Notes: generated from the sequence alone by a model not told the origin. Positions 21,472 through 32,130 are shown, counted from the first letter of the stretch. The stretch: DNA of 64,000 bases from an uncultured Methylomirabilota bacterium (GCA_963705305.1 OY970067.1:4800001-4864000); one strand, 5' to 3'. Numbers and translations are program-made.

Positions 21472-23568
21472 CTACTCCTCTTCCTCTTCCTCCGGCCGCT
21501 TGGCTTCCGCGATCAGCTTCTCCTGAGTCTGACCTGGAACCTCCTCGTAGTGGCTGAACTCCATGCTGTAGTCCCCCCGATCGCCGGTGATGGACCGCAG
21601 CCGGGAATCGTACTCCAGCATCTCCGCCAGGGGGACGTTGGCCCGCACCACCTGGTTGCGGCCCTTGGCCTCGATGCCCAGGACGCGGCCCCGCTTGCTG
21701 TTCAGGTCTCCCACGATGTCCCCCATGCAGTCCGCCGGCGCCACCACGTCGACGGTCATGATGGGCTCGAGCAGGGTGGGCTTGGCCTGCATCACGGCCT
21801 TGCGGAAGGCCAGCCGTCCGGCCAGTTTGAAGGCCAGCTCGGACGAGTCCACGGGGTGGGTGGAGCCGTCGTACAGGATCACCCTCATGTCCACGACCTG
21901 GTAGCCCGCCACCGGCCCGCGCTCCATGGCCTCCACGACCCCCTTCTCCACCGCCGGGATGAAGTTCCGGGGAATGGCGCCTCCCACGACCTGGTTGGCG
22001 AACTCGAAGCCGCCCCCCCGCGGCAGCGGCTCCATGTGAATCCAGCAGTCGCCGAACTGGCCCCGCCCCCCGGTCTGCTTCTTGTGGCGCCCCTGGACCT
22101 CGCGCGCCTTGCCCTTGATGGTCTCCTTGTAGGGAACCCGGGGCGTCTTCAGGGTCACGTCCACGCCGAACTTCCGCTTCATCCGTTCGGTGAGGATCTC
22201 CACGTGGGCCCGCCCCATGCCCGAGACCACCGTCTCCTTGGTCTGCGGATCGTAGCGGAACTGGATGCAGGGATCCTCCTCGCGCAGGCGGGCGAAGGCC
22301 GCACTCATCTTGTCCTCGTCCCCCTTGGCCTTGGGCTCCACCGCAAAGGAGATGACGGGGGCCGGGATGGGAATCTCCGGGAGTCGGATGGGCGACTTTT
22401 CGTCGCACAGGGTATCGCCCGTTCCCGTCTCCTTGAGCTTCACCACCGCCCCCATGTCCCCCGCGGCCAGGGCCGCCACGGGCGTCTGCTGTTTGCCGCG
22501 CAAGAGCAGAAGCTGCCCGATCCGCTCCTTGACGGCTTTGGTGGAGTTCAGGACCGACGAGTCCGAGCTGAGCGTGCCCGAGTAGACGCGGAACATGGTC
22601 ACCTTCCCGGCATACGGGTCTGCGACCGTCTTGAAGACCAGGGCCGCCAGGGGCTCATCGGTTTTTGGCTCGCGCCGGATCGTCCCGTTGCCCTTGGGAT
22701 CCACCCCTTCCACGGCGGGCCGCTCCAGCGGGGATGGGAAAGCCTCCGCCAGGAAATCCAGCAGGGGGGCGACGGCGATGTTGCGGGCGGGCGCACCGCA
22801 GAGGACGGGGAAGAGCTTCTGCTCCCGCGTCGCGCGGACCAGCCCATCCCGCACCTCCTCCTCGGATAGCTCGCCGGTTTCCAGGTATTTCTCCAGCAGG
22901 CGGTCATCCGCCTCGGCGATCGCCTCGACCAGGGCCGCCCGGTGGGTTTCCGCCATCGCCTTGGCCGCCTGGGGGATTTCCTCCTCGCTGGCCTTGCCCG
23001 AGCCGTCGGCGGCGAACTGCACCGCCCGCATCCGGACCAGATCCACGACGCCGACAAAGGCGGCCTCCTGGCCGATGGGGATCTGCACCGGGACGGCATT
23101 GGCGGCCAGGTTCTTCCGGACGTCTTCCAGCGCCCGGGCGAAGTCGGCTCGCTCCCGGTCCATCTTGGACAGGTAGATGGCGCGGGGAAGTTCCCCCGCC
23201 GCGGCATAGCTCCAGACCTTCTCGGTCTGGACCTTGACCCCGTCGGTGGCCCCCACGACCACTACGGCCCCGTCGACCACCCGCAAGGCGCTGCGGGCGT
23301 CTCCCAGGAAAACCGCAAAGCCGGGGGTGTCCACCAGATTGAATTTATAGCCCTTCCACTCACACCACGCCAGCGAGGCGCTGATACTGATCTGCCGCCG
23401 GATCTCGTCGTCGTCGAAGTCCATGGTGGTGGCGCCGTCTTCCACGCGGCCCAGGCGCGGGATCGCACCGGCGCAGAAGAGCATGGCCTCGGCCAGGGTC
23501 GTCTTGCCGGCGCTGCCGTGGGCCACGAAGGCAACATTGCGGATTTTCGCCACTTCGGGTTGCTTCAT
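21472..23568 (-). CDS. Elongation factor G paralog (EF-G2 type)
   Basis: Full five-domain EF-G layout (KKQTGGRGQFG, HPVDSSELAF, GDLNSKRG) with divergent GTPase motifs AHGSAGKT, RQISI, DTPGF, SKMD. Confidence 0.92.
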   Translation of the reverse strand: MKQPEVAKIRNVAFVAHGSAGKTTLAEAMLFCAGAIPRLGRVEDGATTMDFDDDEIRRQISISASLAWCEWKGYKFNLVDTPGFAVFLGDARSALRVVDGAVVVVGATDGVKVQTEKVWSYAAAGELPRAIYLSKMDRERADFARALEDVRKNLAANAVPVQIPIGQEAAFVGVVDLVRMRAVQFAADGSGKASEEEIPQAAKAMAETHRAALVEAIAEADDRLLEKYLETGELSEEEVRDGLVRATREQKLFPVLCGAPARNIAVAPLLDFLAEAFPSPLERPAVEGVDPKGNGTIRREPKTDEPLAALVFKTVADPYAGKVTMFRVYSGTLSSDSSVLNSTKAVKERIGQLLLLRGKQQTPVAALAAGDMGAVVKLKETGTGDTLCDEKSPIRLPEIPIPAPVISFAVEPKAKGDEDKMSAAFARLREEDPCIQFRYDPQTKETVVSGMGRAHVEILTERMKRKFGVDVTLKTPRVPYKETIKGKAREVQGRHKKQTGGRGQFGDCWIHMEPLPRGGGFEFANQVVGGAIPRNFIPAVEKGVVEAMERGPVAGYQVVDMRVILYDGSTHPVDSSELAFKLAGRLAFRKAVMQAKPTLLEPIMTVDVVAPADCMGDIVGDLNSKRGRVLGIEAKGRNQVVRANVPLAEMLEYDSRLRSITGDRGDYSMEFSHYEEVPGQTQEKLIAEAKRPEEEEEE

Positions 23569-23750
23569 CTCTCCCCTCGTACATGTCTCGAAGAGTTGGC
23601 GAGAAGAAACGGATGGGGACGTGCCCCCCTACCCTGTCACGGCCCGTCCCCGCTGGCGGTGTCGATCTCTTGTTAGGTAGCACAGAGGCGCCGGCGCGCG
23701 CAAGGGAAAACTCGGCACGCGCCTCTTTCCCCCGATTCCCCAGAACGTCC

Positions 23751-25040
23751 TCAGACACCCGGCGCCCCCTGCCTTTCCCCTCTCCCTGTCTCCCGCAACG
23801 CCGGCAGGATCGAGCCGCCCTCCGGCAGGACCGCAACGGACGCCGATCGCCCCAGGGCGGCCCGGGCCGCCTCCACGGCCCGGTCCAGGCTGGGGAACGG
23901 ATGGAAGCCGAGCCGTCGCGCGAAATCGGAGGGCAGCGCCGAGACCAGGTAGACGTCCGCCTGGGTCATGGCCATCGCCACGGCCGCCGCCTTGTGGCCG
24001 CCGAGGACGAACTCCCGGCGGATGCGCGCCAGGATCGCCTCCGGCCCGCCCGGGTCCTGCATCCAGGCTTCGAAGGTGCGCTCCCCCAGCCCCTCGCGAC
24101 ATTCCGCCACCAGGAGGAGAATGCCTCCGCGCCGGACGATGTGCCGCGCGTTGTCCAGAGCCTTTTGCGCCTGGTAGAGATTGATGTCCTTCGGGTACCC
24201 CCCGGCGCTCACCACCACCAGGTCCACGGGATGGTCCACCACGGCCCGGCCGTAGGCGTCGACGGCGGCGCAGCCGGCCCGGTGGGCCAGGCGGGGATGC
24301 CCGGCCACCGCCTTCAGGATCCGCTTGTCATCGTCCAGAACCACGTTCATGATGAAGTCGGCCCGCACCAGCGCCCCGGCCTCTTCCAGATCCTCCCGGA
24401 CGGGGTTTCCCTCCAGCCGCCCGGCCGCCGCTCCTGCCTCGGTCATGCGGCGGTGGTTCTGCTGGATGGTGGCGGCCGTACAGACCCCCGGGACGAGCGC
24501 CTTGACCCCGCCGCTGTACCCGGCGAAGTAGTGGTATTCGATCACCCCCAGGCAGATCCGCAAGTCTGCCTCCAGGACGGGCCGGAAGACCTCCACCGGC
24601 GTTCCGCCCGCCGTGACGCCGATTCGCGCGCAGTCCGCCGGGTTCGAATCCATGCAGCGCACCCGGCGGTGCACCGCCTCCCCCACCAGGCCCCGCCGCT
24701 CGGCCGCCGTGTGCGGGCGGTGGATGCCGAGGCCGAACACCACAGTCACGTCGCCGTCGGCAACCCCCGCCTGCCGCAGCTCGTCCAGCACAGGGGGAAG
24801 CAGACGCGCCGAGGGGCAGGGACGGGTGATGTCGGCCGTCACGATGACCACGCGCCGTCCCGCCGCGGCGAGGTCCGCCAGGCGGGAGGTCCCGACGGGC
24901 GCCGCCAGGGCCGCGCGGATGCTCCGGTCTTCGTCGGGAGGCTCGGCGCTGCGGCGCGCGCGCAGGACGCAGACGCGCGGATCCCACTCCGGAAGCTTCA
25001 GGAGCTCCGTGGCATGGCCGTACTTGAGCGGGATCTCCAT
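23751..25040 (-). CDS. LarA-family nickel-pincer-dependent racemase/epimerase (lactate racemase homolog)
   Basis: DITRP, GIHR, HYFAGYSGGVKALVPG, GGYPKDINLYQAQKAL, ECREGLG, LGGHKA; start MEIPLKYG after GGAGG. Confidence 0.88.
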   Translation of the reverse strand: MEIPLKYGHATELLKLPEWDPRVCVLRARRSAEPPDEDRSIRAALAAPVGTSRLADLAAAGRRVVIVTADITRPCPSARLLPPVLDELRQAGVADGDVTVVFGLGIHRPHTAAERRGLVGEAVHRRVRCMDSNPADCARIGVTAGGTPVEVFRPVLEADLRICLGVIEYHYFAGYSGGVKALVPGVCTAATIQQNHRRMTEAGAAAGRLEGNPVREDLEEAGALVRADFIMNVVLDDDKRILKAVAGHPRLAHRAGCAAVDAYGRAVVDHPVDLVVVSAGGYPKDINLYQAQKALDNARHIVRRGGILLLVAECREGLGERTFEAWMQDPGGPEAILARIRREFVLGGHKAAAVAMAMTQADVYLVSALPSDFARRLGFHPFPSLDRAVEAARAALGRSASVAVLPEGGSILPALRETGRGERQGAPGV

Positions 25041-25069
25041 GCGGGCTTCCTCCGGACCGCCGCCCCCCG

Positions 25070-25109
25070 AAAAGAGAAACGCCCTCCCGCGATCCTCCGC
25101 GAGAGGGCG
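25070..25109 (-). terminator. Intrinsic terminator of the alpha operon
   Basis: CGCCCTCTCGCG-GAGGAT-CGCGGGAGGGCG followed by TTTCTCTTTT downstream of rplQ. Confidence 0.8.
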
Positions 25110-25139
25110 CACGCCTATCGTCCCATGCGGAAGGAGGGA

Positions 25140-25646
25140 TTACCCCTCGGCACCGACCGCGGGCGCGGACTCCGTTGCGCTGGGCCGCTTGGTGCGGCGG
25201 CGCCGGCGGCGCCGGCCGCTCTTGGCCGGCTCGCCCTCGGCGGGCTGCTCCTTCTTGCCCTTGGCTTTCCCCTTGGCCTCCGGCGCGGCTTCAGATCCCA
25301 GGAACTCGATGGCCGCCAGCGGGGCCCCGTCCCCCATCCGGTAGTCCAGCTTGGTGATGCGGGTATAGCCGCCGTTCCGCTCGCGGAAGCGGCCGCCGAA
25401 TGTGTCGAACAGCTTCTTCAAGGCCTTGTCATCGTTAAGCACCTCCGCCGCCTGTCGCCGGGCGTGGAGGTCCTCGCGCTTGGCCAGGGTGACCATCTTC
25501 TCGGCCACGCTGCGCAGCTCCTTGGCCTTGGCTGCCGTTGTAATGATCTTTTCGTATAGGACCAGGGACGTCACCAGGTTTCGCATCATCATCTCCCGGT
25601 GCGCGGTGGTCCGACCGAGCTTCCGTCCTGCACGCCTGTGCCGCAT
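25140..25646 (-). CDS. rplQ: 50S ribosomal protein L17 with C-terminal extension
   Basis: [31 protein letters not shown]. Confidence 0.97.
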   Translation of the reverse strand: MRHRRAGRKLGRTTAHREMMMRNLVTSLVLYEKIITTAAKAKELRSVAEKMVTLAKREDLHARRQAAEVLNDDKALKKLFDTFGGRFRERNGGYTRITKLDYRMGDGAPLAAIEFLGSEAAPEAKGKAKGKKEQPAEGEPAKSGRRRRRRRTKRPSATESAPAVGAEG

Positions 25647-25686
25647 TGCCGTTAGTCTCCCCGGGGGTGCGTGCCGAGCAGGGGCG

Positions 25687-26691
25687 CTAGGCCTTAGCCG
25701 CCTTCCGCTTGGCGGCCTCGCCGATGGGCACACCCTCCAGCTTCATGCCCAGGCTCAATCCCATGCCCGCCAGGATCTCCTTGATTTCGTTGAGCGATTT
25801 CCGGCCGAAATTCTTGGTCTTGAGCATCTCGGCCTCGGTCTTCTCCACCAGCTCGTAGATGTAGCGGATGCTTGAGTTCTTCAGGCAGTTGGCCGATCGA
25901 ACCGACAGCTCCAGCTCCTCCACCGGGCGGGCGAGGTTCTCCAGCATCCGTTCCTTGGCTTCGTCCACCACCAGCTCTTCCTCTTCCGGCTCTTCCTCGA
26001 AGTTGATGAAGATGCTGAGATGGTCCTTCAGGATCTTGGCGGCGTAGGCGACGGCGTCCTGCGGCAGCACGGAGCCGTCCGTCCAGACCTCCAGGACCAG
26101 CTTGTTGTAGTCGGTGGCCTGGCCGACGCGCGTGTCCTCCACCAGGAAGTTGACCCGCTTGATGGGGGAGAACATGCTGTCGATGGGGATGACGTCCACT
26201 GGCATCCCCTCCCGCTTGTTCCGCTCCGCGGGGACGTACCCGCGGCCGTGGCGGATCTCCACCTCCATGTCCAGCTTGCCGTCCTTGTCCAGCCGGCACA
26301 GGGGGAGATCCGGCGTGAGGATCTCCACGTCCGAGTCGGGGGTGAACTGCGCGGCGCGCACCTCCCCCTCCCCGGCGGCCTTCAGCGCGAGGGTCTTGGG
26401 GTGATCTGCCGAGAGCTTCAGCCGAAGCTGCTTCAGGTTCAGGATGATGTCGGTGACGTCCTCTTCGACACCCGGGACGGAGGAAAACTCGTGCAGCACC
26501 CCGGCGATCCGGACGGAGGTGATGGCCGCCCCCTCGATGGACGACAGCAGCACCCGCCGCAGCGCGTTCCCCAGGGTCAACCCAAAGCCGCGCTCCAGCG
26601 GCTCCGCGACAAATTTCCCGTACGTACTGGTCAGGGTCTCCAGCTCGCACTCCAGTCGCTTGGGCTTCTGGAATCCCTTGAACTTCTGCAT
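25687..26691 (-). CDS. rpoA: RNA polymerase subunit alpha
   Basis: [40 protein letters not shown]. Confidence 0.98.
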   Translation of the reverse strand: MQKFKGFQKPKRLECELETLTSTYGKFVAEPLERGFGLTLGNALRRVLLSSIEGAAITSVRIAGVLHEFSSVPGVEEDVTDIILNLKQLRLKLSADHPKTLALKAAGEGEVRAAQFTPDSDVEILTPDLPLCRLDKDGKLDMEVEIRHGRGYVPAERNKREGMPVDVIPIDSMFSPIKRVNFLVEDTRVGQATDYNKLVLEVWTDGSVLPQDAVAYAAKILKDHLSIFINFEEEPEEEELVVDEAKERMLENLARPVEELELSVRSANCLKNSSIRYIYELVEKTEAEMLKTKNFGRKSLNEIKEILAGMGLSLGMKLEGVPIGEAAKRKAAKA

Positions 26692-26713
26692 GCTCAGCCT
26701 CTCTGTCGCCCCC

Positions 26714-27340
26714 TCACTTCGAATACAGGGCGACCACCAGTTGCTCCTGGACCGGGATGGCCATCTCCTCCTTGCTCGGCAGGCTGCGGACCGTGCCTTT
26801 GAAGTTGGCGGCCTCCAGCTCCAGCCAGGAGGGCACCCGACGCTTCTTGGCGCCCTCGAGGGCCGTGGCGATCTCGGCCAACTCCCGGCTCGCCTGCTGC
26901 ACCTCGATGACATCGCCGGCGCGAACCAAATAGGAAGGAATCGTGACCCGGCGCCCGTTCACCCGGAAGTGGCCGTGGGTGACCAGGACTCGCGCCTGCG
27001 CCCGCGAGGCCGCGAAGCCGAGCCGGTGCACCACGTTGTCGAGCCGCTGCTCCAGCAGGCGCACCAGGTTCTCCCCGGTGACCCCCTTTTGCCGTTCGGC
27101 CATCTCGAAATACGTTCGGAATTGGGCCTCCAGAACGCCGTAGATCCGCTTCATCTTCTGCTTCTCGCGAAGCTGGAGCCCGTAATCGGAATGTTTGGAC
27201 CGCCGCTGCCCGTGCTCGCCGGGGGGGTAGTTCCGCTTCTCGACGGCGCACTTCTGCGTATAGCACCGGTCGCCCTTGAGAAAGAGCTTAGTTCCTTCGC
27301 GCCGGCAGAGCTTGCAAACCGAATCGGTATACCGTGCCAC
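26714..27340 (-). CDS. rpsD: 30S ribosomal protein S4
   Basis: [31 protein letters not shown] start. Confidence 0.97.
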   Translation of the reverse strand: MARYTDSVCKLCRREGTKLFLKGDRCYTQKCAVEKRNYPPGEHGQRRSKHSDYGLQLREKQKMKRIYGVLEAQFRTYFEMAERQKGVTGENLVRLLEQRLDNVVHRLGFAASRAQARVLVTHGHFRVNGRRVTIPSYLVRAGDVIEVQQASRELAEIATALEGAKKRRVPSWLELEAANFKGTVRSLPSKEEMAIPVQEQLVVALYSK

Positions 27341-27430
27341 GGACACACTCCTTGTGTTCCCGTCCTGCGGTGTGGCCGCGTTGCGGTCGTGCGACCGCGG
27401 CACGCCCCACGGCAGGACTGCAGCACCGTG

Positions 27431-27835
27431 TTAGACGCGTCGCCGCTTGCGGGGTCGGCAGCCGTTATGCGGGATGGGGGTCACGTCCTTGATCGCCGTG
27501 ATCTCGAGTCCGGCCGCTTGGAGCGAGCGGATGGCCGCCTCGCGCCCGGCGCCGGGGCCCTTGACGTACACCTTGACCTCTTTCATCCCCTGCCCGATCG
27601 CCTTCTGGGCGGCGCTCTCCGCCGCCATCTGCGCGGCAAAGGGAGTACTCTTGCGCGAGCCCTTAAACCCCACGCTGCCGGCACTGGCCCAGGTGACCAC
27701 GTTGCCCGTCCCGTCCGTGATGGTCACGATGGTGTTGTTGAAGGTCGCCTGGATGCAGGCAAGCCCATGCGTGACCCCCCGCCCCTCCTTCTTGCTGGGG
27801 CGAACGGGACCCGGGCGCTTCGCTGGTGTCGCCAT
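27431..27835 (-). CDS. rpsK: 30S ribosomal protein S11
   Basis: [31 protein letters not shown]. Confidence 0.98.
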   Translation of the reverse strand: MATPAKRPGPVRPSKKEGRGVTHGLACIQATFNNTIVTITDGTGNVVTWASAGSVGFKGSRKSTPFAAQMAAESAAQKAIGQGMKEVKVYVKGPGAGREAAIRSLQAAGLEITAIKDVTPIPHNGCRPRKRRRV

Positions 27836-27919
27836 CTGCTCCTCCGTTCACTGACCCGTGATCGCCGACCGGATCCCAATGCCTTCTGAGGATCCATTGG
27901 CTATTGTTCTCGCTCGGTC

Positions 27920-28315
27920 CTAGGCCTTGCCTGTGGGGGCGGCGGCCTTGGCCCGCTTCACACCCACGGTGCGGCGGGGGCCCTTGCGGGTCCGGGCGTT
28001 GGTGCTGGTCCGCTGCCCCCGGACGGGCAATCCTCGGCGGTGCCGGAGGCCGCGGTAACAGCCGATGTCCATCAGGCGCTTGACATCCATGGCGATCTGC
28101 CGCTTGAGATCCCCCTCGACCCGATGCCCGCCCTCGATGACGCGGCGCAGCTTGTTCACCTGGTCCTCGGTGAGGTCTTTCACCCGGACGTCCGGGCTCA
28201 CCTCGGCCTCCCGCAGAATCTTCTGTGACGCGGAGCGCCCGATCCCGAAGATGTACGTCAGCGCGACCTCCAGCCGCTTCTCCCGGGGCAGATCAACGCC
28301 CGCAATTCTGGCCAC
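27920..28315 (-). CDS. rpsM: 30S ribosomal protein S13
   Basis: [26 protein letters not shown]. Confidence 0.98.
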   Translation of the reverse strand: MARIAGVDLPREKRLEVALTYIFGIGRSASQKILREAEVSPDVRVKDLTEDQVNKLRRVIEGGHRVEGDLKRQIAMDVKRLMDIGCYRGLRHRRGLPVRGQRTSTNARTRKGPRRTVGVKRAKAAAPTGKA

Positions 28316-28506
28316 CGAAACCTCCTTAGCCCGGATACTTCACGAGAGGGCTTGTGAATGCTCCGGACCGAATGACCAAGGGCCAATTTCGCAAATCCCA
28401 ATGGCGGTATCGAGTCCCACGCGCTGTCACGGTGTGGCTTCCCGGTGCGTGCCCTGTGTGGCCATTCCGCCTGCGGCGGATTGGGATCTGGTCATTCGCC
28501 CGACTC

Positions 28507-28620
28507 CTATCCCTGGCGCTGCTTGTGCTTCGGATTCTCGCACAGGATGCGGAGCACCCCCTTGCGCTTGACCACCTTGCACTTCTCGCACATCGGCTTG
28601 ACCGACGCCCGTACTTTCAT
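28507..28620 (-). CDS. rpmJ: 50S ribosomal protein L36
   Basis: Not in ORF track; manual translation [37 protein letters not shown]. Confidence 0.97.
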   Translation of the reverse strand: MKVRASVKPMCEKCKVVKRKGVLRILCENPKHKQRQG

Positions 28621-28656
28621 CGGCTCTCCCGTTCGCCCCGCCCGGCGCGGGCGGCC

Positions 28657-28875
28657 TCATTTATATCGGTAGATGATCCGTCCCCGGGTCAGATCGTAGG
28701 GGGACAGCTCCACGATCACCTTGTCGCCCGGCAAGATGCGGATGAAATGCATCCGCATCTTGCCCGAGATGTGGGCCAGCACCCGGTGTCCCGTCTCCAG
28801 TTCGACCCGGAACATGGCGTTGGGGAGCGGTTCCACGACCGTCCCTTCGACTTCGATGGCCTCTTCCTTGGCCAT
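28657..28875 (-). CDS. infA: Translation initiation factor IF-1
   Basis: [26 protein letters not shown]. Confidence 0.98.
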   Translation of the reverse strand: MAKEEAIEVEGTVVEPLPNAMFRVELETGHRVLAHISGKMRMHFIRILPGDKVIVELSPYDLTRGRIIYRYK

Positions 28876-28912
28876 AAATATCGGCTTCCTTCTCCCCCGG
28901 GGGACCGGAGCC

Positions 28913-29689
28913 TCAGGTCCCGTCCTCGTTCAGCCTGGTCAGCACTTCCGTTCCGTTCTCGGTGATGGCCACCGTATGCTCAAAGTGCGCCGACAGCGAG
29001 CCGTCCGCGGTCACCGCCGTCCACCGGTCCTCCAGCACACGCACATCCGCCCCCCCCGCATTCACCATGGGCTCGATGGCCAGGACCATCCCCGGCTTCA
29101 GCACCGGACCGCGGCCCTGTCCTGGCTCCACGAAGTTCGGGATCTGCGGCGCCTCGTGGAGCGCCTTGCCGATCCCGTGGCCCACGAAAATGCGCACCAC
29201 CGAGAAGCCGTTGCCCTCCGCGTGGGCCTGGACCGCCTGGGAGACATCCGCCAGGCGCGCCCCGTTCCGGGCGGCGGCCACGGCCCGGTCCAGGCACTCC
29301 CGCGTCACCCGGAGCAGCCGCGCCGCCTCGGCCGGAATCTCCCCCACCGGCAGCGTGACCGCCGCGTCCCCGTAGTACCCGTCCACGATCGCTCCCATGT
29401 CCAGGCTGAGGATATCCCCCTCGCGCAGCAGCCGCCCGGACGGGAGTCCGTGCACGACGGCTTCGTTGACCGACGCGCACAGCGTGAACGGGTAATCGCG
29501 GTATCCTTTGAACGCCGGCCTGGCCCCCTGGGCCCGCAGGTAGCTCTCGGCGAACCGATCCAGCTCCAGGGTGGTGACCCCGGGCCGAACCCGGCGCGCC
29601 AACTCGACCAGCGCGCGGGCCACCAGCCGGTTACTCCGGCGCAGGATCTCCAGCTCCCAGGGCGCCTTCAGAACAATCCGATCATGCAT
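28913..29689 (-). CDS. map: Methionine aminopeptidase type I
   Basis: [31 protein letters not shown]. Confidence 0.97.
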   Translation of the reverse strand: MHDRIVLKAPWELEILRRSNRLVARALVELARRVRPGVTTLELDRFAESYLRAQGARPAFKGYRDYPFTLCASVNEAVVHGLPSGRLLREGDILSLDMGAIVDGYYGDAAVTLPVGEIPAEAARLLRVTRECLDRAVAAARNGARLADVSQAVQAHAEGNGFSVVRIFVGHGIGKALHEAPQIPNFVEPGQGRGPVLKPGMVLAIEPMVNAGGADVRVLEDRWTAVTADGSLSAHFEHTVAITENGTEVLTRLNEDGT

Positions 29690-30329
29690 GATTCAGGGCG
29701 TGAAGGATCCGCTGGAAGATATCGCCGATCTCCCCGGTCCCCGCCACGCGTCGGACCACGCCCCTCCCCTCGTAGAATGCGATCAGGGGCGACGTCTCCG
29801 CCGCGTAGACCTGGAGCCGCCGCCGGACCGTCTCCTCGCGATCGTCGTCCCGCTGGTAGGTCGGCCCCTCGCAGGCATCGCAGCTGCCTTCGACGCGGGT
29901 GGGGCGGAAGCGCACATGGTACATGGCCGCGCACTGCCGGCAGGTCCGCCGCCCCGCGATGCGCTGTACCACCTCTTCGGCCGGCGCCTCCAGGACCACC
30001 ACCCGGTCCAGCGGAGTGCGCAGCGCCTGCAACAGTGCCTGCAGCGCCTCGGCCTGCGGCACGGTCCGGGGATAGCCGTCCAGGATGTATCCGCCGGCAC
30101 AGTCCGGCTGCCGCACCCGCTCGCGCACCAATCCGACGATCACGTCGTCGGGAACCAGCTCCCCGCGGTCCATGAACTGCTTGGCCTCGCGCCCCAGCAC
30201 CGTCCCCGCCGCGACCGCGGCCCGCAGCATGTCCCCCGTGGAGATCTGCGGGATGCCGAGATGCTCGGCCAGCTTCTTGGCCTGTGTTCCCTTCCCCGCT
30301 CCCGGAGGGCCCAGAATGAGCAACCGCAT
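29682..30329 (-). CDS. adk: Adenylate kinase (Zn-binding LID)
   Basis: GPPGAGKGTQ, STGDMLR, LDGYPR, CxxC..CxxC LID. Confidence 0.96.
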   Translation of the reverse strand: MRLLILGPPGAGKGTQAKKLAEHLGIPQISTGDMLRAAVAAGTVLGREAKQFMDRGELVPDDVIVGLVRERVRQPDCAGGYILDGYPRTVPQAEALQALLQALRTPLDRVVVLEAPAEEVVQRIAGRRTCRQCAAMYHVRFRPTRVEGSCDACEGPTYQRDDDREETVRRRLQVYAAETSPLIAFYEGRGVVRRVAGTGEIGDIFQRILHALNHA

Positions 30330-30379
30330 CGTCGATCGGCTCTGTTCTTCCACGCCCGCTTCCCGGTTGAGGCGCATGG

Positions 30380-31687
30380 CTAGGCCAGACGCCCGCGCGC
30401 CTTGGCCTTCTTCAGGAATCCCTCGTAGTGCCGCATCAGGAGATGCGACTCCACCTGCTGCACCGTATCCAGCGCCACCCCCACCACGATCAGCAAGGAG
30501 GTCCCGCCGAAGTAGAACGGGACATTCAGGTGGGTGATGAGGACCTCGGGCAGGATCGAGATGGCGGCCAGGTACAGCGCCCCCACCAGGGTGACCCGGT
30601 CCAGCACGCGCTCGATGAACTCGGCGGTCTTGCTGCCGGGGCGGATGCCCGGAATGTAGCCTCCGTACTTTTTCATGTTGTCCGCTACGTCGGCCGGGTT
30701 GAAGATGATGGCGGTGTAGAAGTAGGTGAAGAAGATGATGGAGACGCCGTAGATCGTCGTATAGGGCAGGCTCCCGAACTGAAGCCAGGACGCCACCCAC
30801 TGCGCCCACGGGTGGCGGATGAACTGGGCGATGGTCGCCGGGAAGGCGATGATGGAGGCGGCGAAGATCACCGGGATGACGCCGGCGGTGTTCACCCGCA
30901 CCGGGATGTGCGTGCTCTGGCCCCCGTACACCCGCCGCCCGACCACCCGCTTCGCGTACTGGACCGGGACCTTGCGCTGCCCCAGGGTCATGACGATGAC
31001 CCCGGCCACCACCACCACCATAACCGCCAGCAGCAGCAGGAACACCAGCGGGTTCATCTCCCCCTGCGTGATCAGGGTGAACGAGGCCACGATGGCCTCG
31101 GGCATCCGGACGATGATGCCGGCAAAGATCAGGAGGGAGATCCCGTTGCCGATCCCCCGCTCACTGATCTGCTCGCCCAGCCACATCAGGAAGATGGTGC
31201 CGGCCGTGAGGGTGATGGTGGTCATGATGCGGAAGGACCAGCCGGGGCTCGGGACCACCATGGCCCCCCGGATCTGCATGCTCTCCAGCCCGACTGCGAT
31301 GCCCAGGGCCTGGATGGCCGCCAGCCCGACCGTACCGTAGCGGGTGTACTGGGTGATCTTCTTGTGGCCCTGCTCCCCCTCTTTCTGCAGCCGCTCCAGC
31401 GCAGGGACGACCACCGCGAGGAGCTGCAGGATGATGGAGGCCGAGATGTAGGGCATGATGCCCAGCGCGAAGACCGACAGCCGCCGCAGCGCCCCGCCCG
31501 AGAACAGATCGAAGAAGCCGAGGAGATTCCCCGCCTGTCCCTGGAAGAACTGGGCCAGCGCATGGGTGTCGATCCCGGGGGTGGGGATGTGGGCCCCGAT
31601 GCGGTACACGATGAGGAGCCCGCACGTGAACAGGATGCGGCGCTTCAGCTCGGGAACCCGGAAGATGTTCCGAATCGCTTCAATCAC
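30380..31687 (-). CDS. secY: Preprotein translocase subunit SecY
   Basis: LGIMPYISASII, GIGNGISLLIF, IPGIRPG, FGGTSLLIVVGV; GTG start overlapping rplO. Confidence 0.97.
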   Translation of the reverse strand: MIEAIRNIFRVPELKRRILFTCGLLIVYRIGAHIPTPGIDTHALAQFFQGQAGNLLGFFDLFSGGALRRLSVFALGIMPYISASIILQLLAVVVPALERLQKEGEQGHKKITQYTRYGTVGLAAIQALGIAVGLESMQIRGAMVVPSPGWSFRIMTTITLTAGTIFLMWLGEQISERGIGNGISLLIFAGIIVRMPEAIVASFTLITQGEMNPLVFLLLLAVMVVVVAGVIVMTLGQRKVPVQYAKRVVGRRVYGGQSTHIPVRVNTAGVIPVIFAASIIAFPATIAQFIRHPWAQWVASWLQFGSLPYTTIYGVSIIFFTYFYTAIIFNPADVADNMKKYGGYIPGIRPGSKTAEFIERVLDRVTLVGALYLAAISILPEVLITHLNVPFYFGGTSLLIVVGVALDTVQQVESHLLMRHYEGFLKKAKARGRLA

Positions 31688-32130
31688 GACGCGATGACCT
31701 CGACGCGACCCCCCGCCGCGCGGATCTTCTCCGCCGCCCCCTTCGAGAATCGATGGGCGGAGACCGTGAGCGGCTTCTCCAGGCGCCCCTTCCCCAGGAT
31801 CTTCACCAGCTCGACCGCGGCAGGGACCAGGCCCGCCTCGCGCAGCGTATCCGGGGTCACCACCGCTCCGGCGGCGAAGCGCTCGAGCGCCTGCACGTTC
31901 AGGATCGCGCACTCCTGGCGAAAGATATTGACAAACCCGCGCTTGGGGACCCGGCGGTGCAGGGGGAGCTGGCCCCCCTCGAACCACGGGTGGCTGCTGC
32001 CGCCCGCCCGGGCCTTCTGTCCCTTCTCGCCACGGGTCGAAGTCTGTCCATGGCCGGAGCCGGGTCCGCGACCCACCAGCTTGCGGCGCCGGCGGGACCC
32101 CGCCGGCGGCTTCAATTCATGCAGTTTCAT
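31684..32130 (-). CDS. rplO: 50S ribosomal protein L15
   Basis: [22 protein letters not shown]. Confidence 0.97.
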   Translation of the reverse strand: MKLHELKPPAGSRRRRKLVGRGPGSGHGQTSTRGEKGQKARAGGSSHPWFEGGQLPLHRRVPKRGFVNIFRQECAILNVQALERFAAGAVVTPDTLREAGLVPAAVELVKILGKGRLEKPLTVSAHRFSKGAAEKIRAAGGRVEVIAS

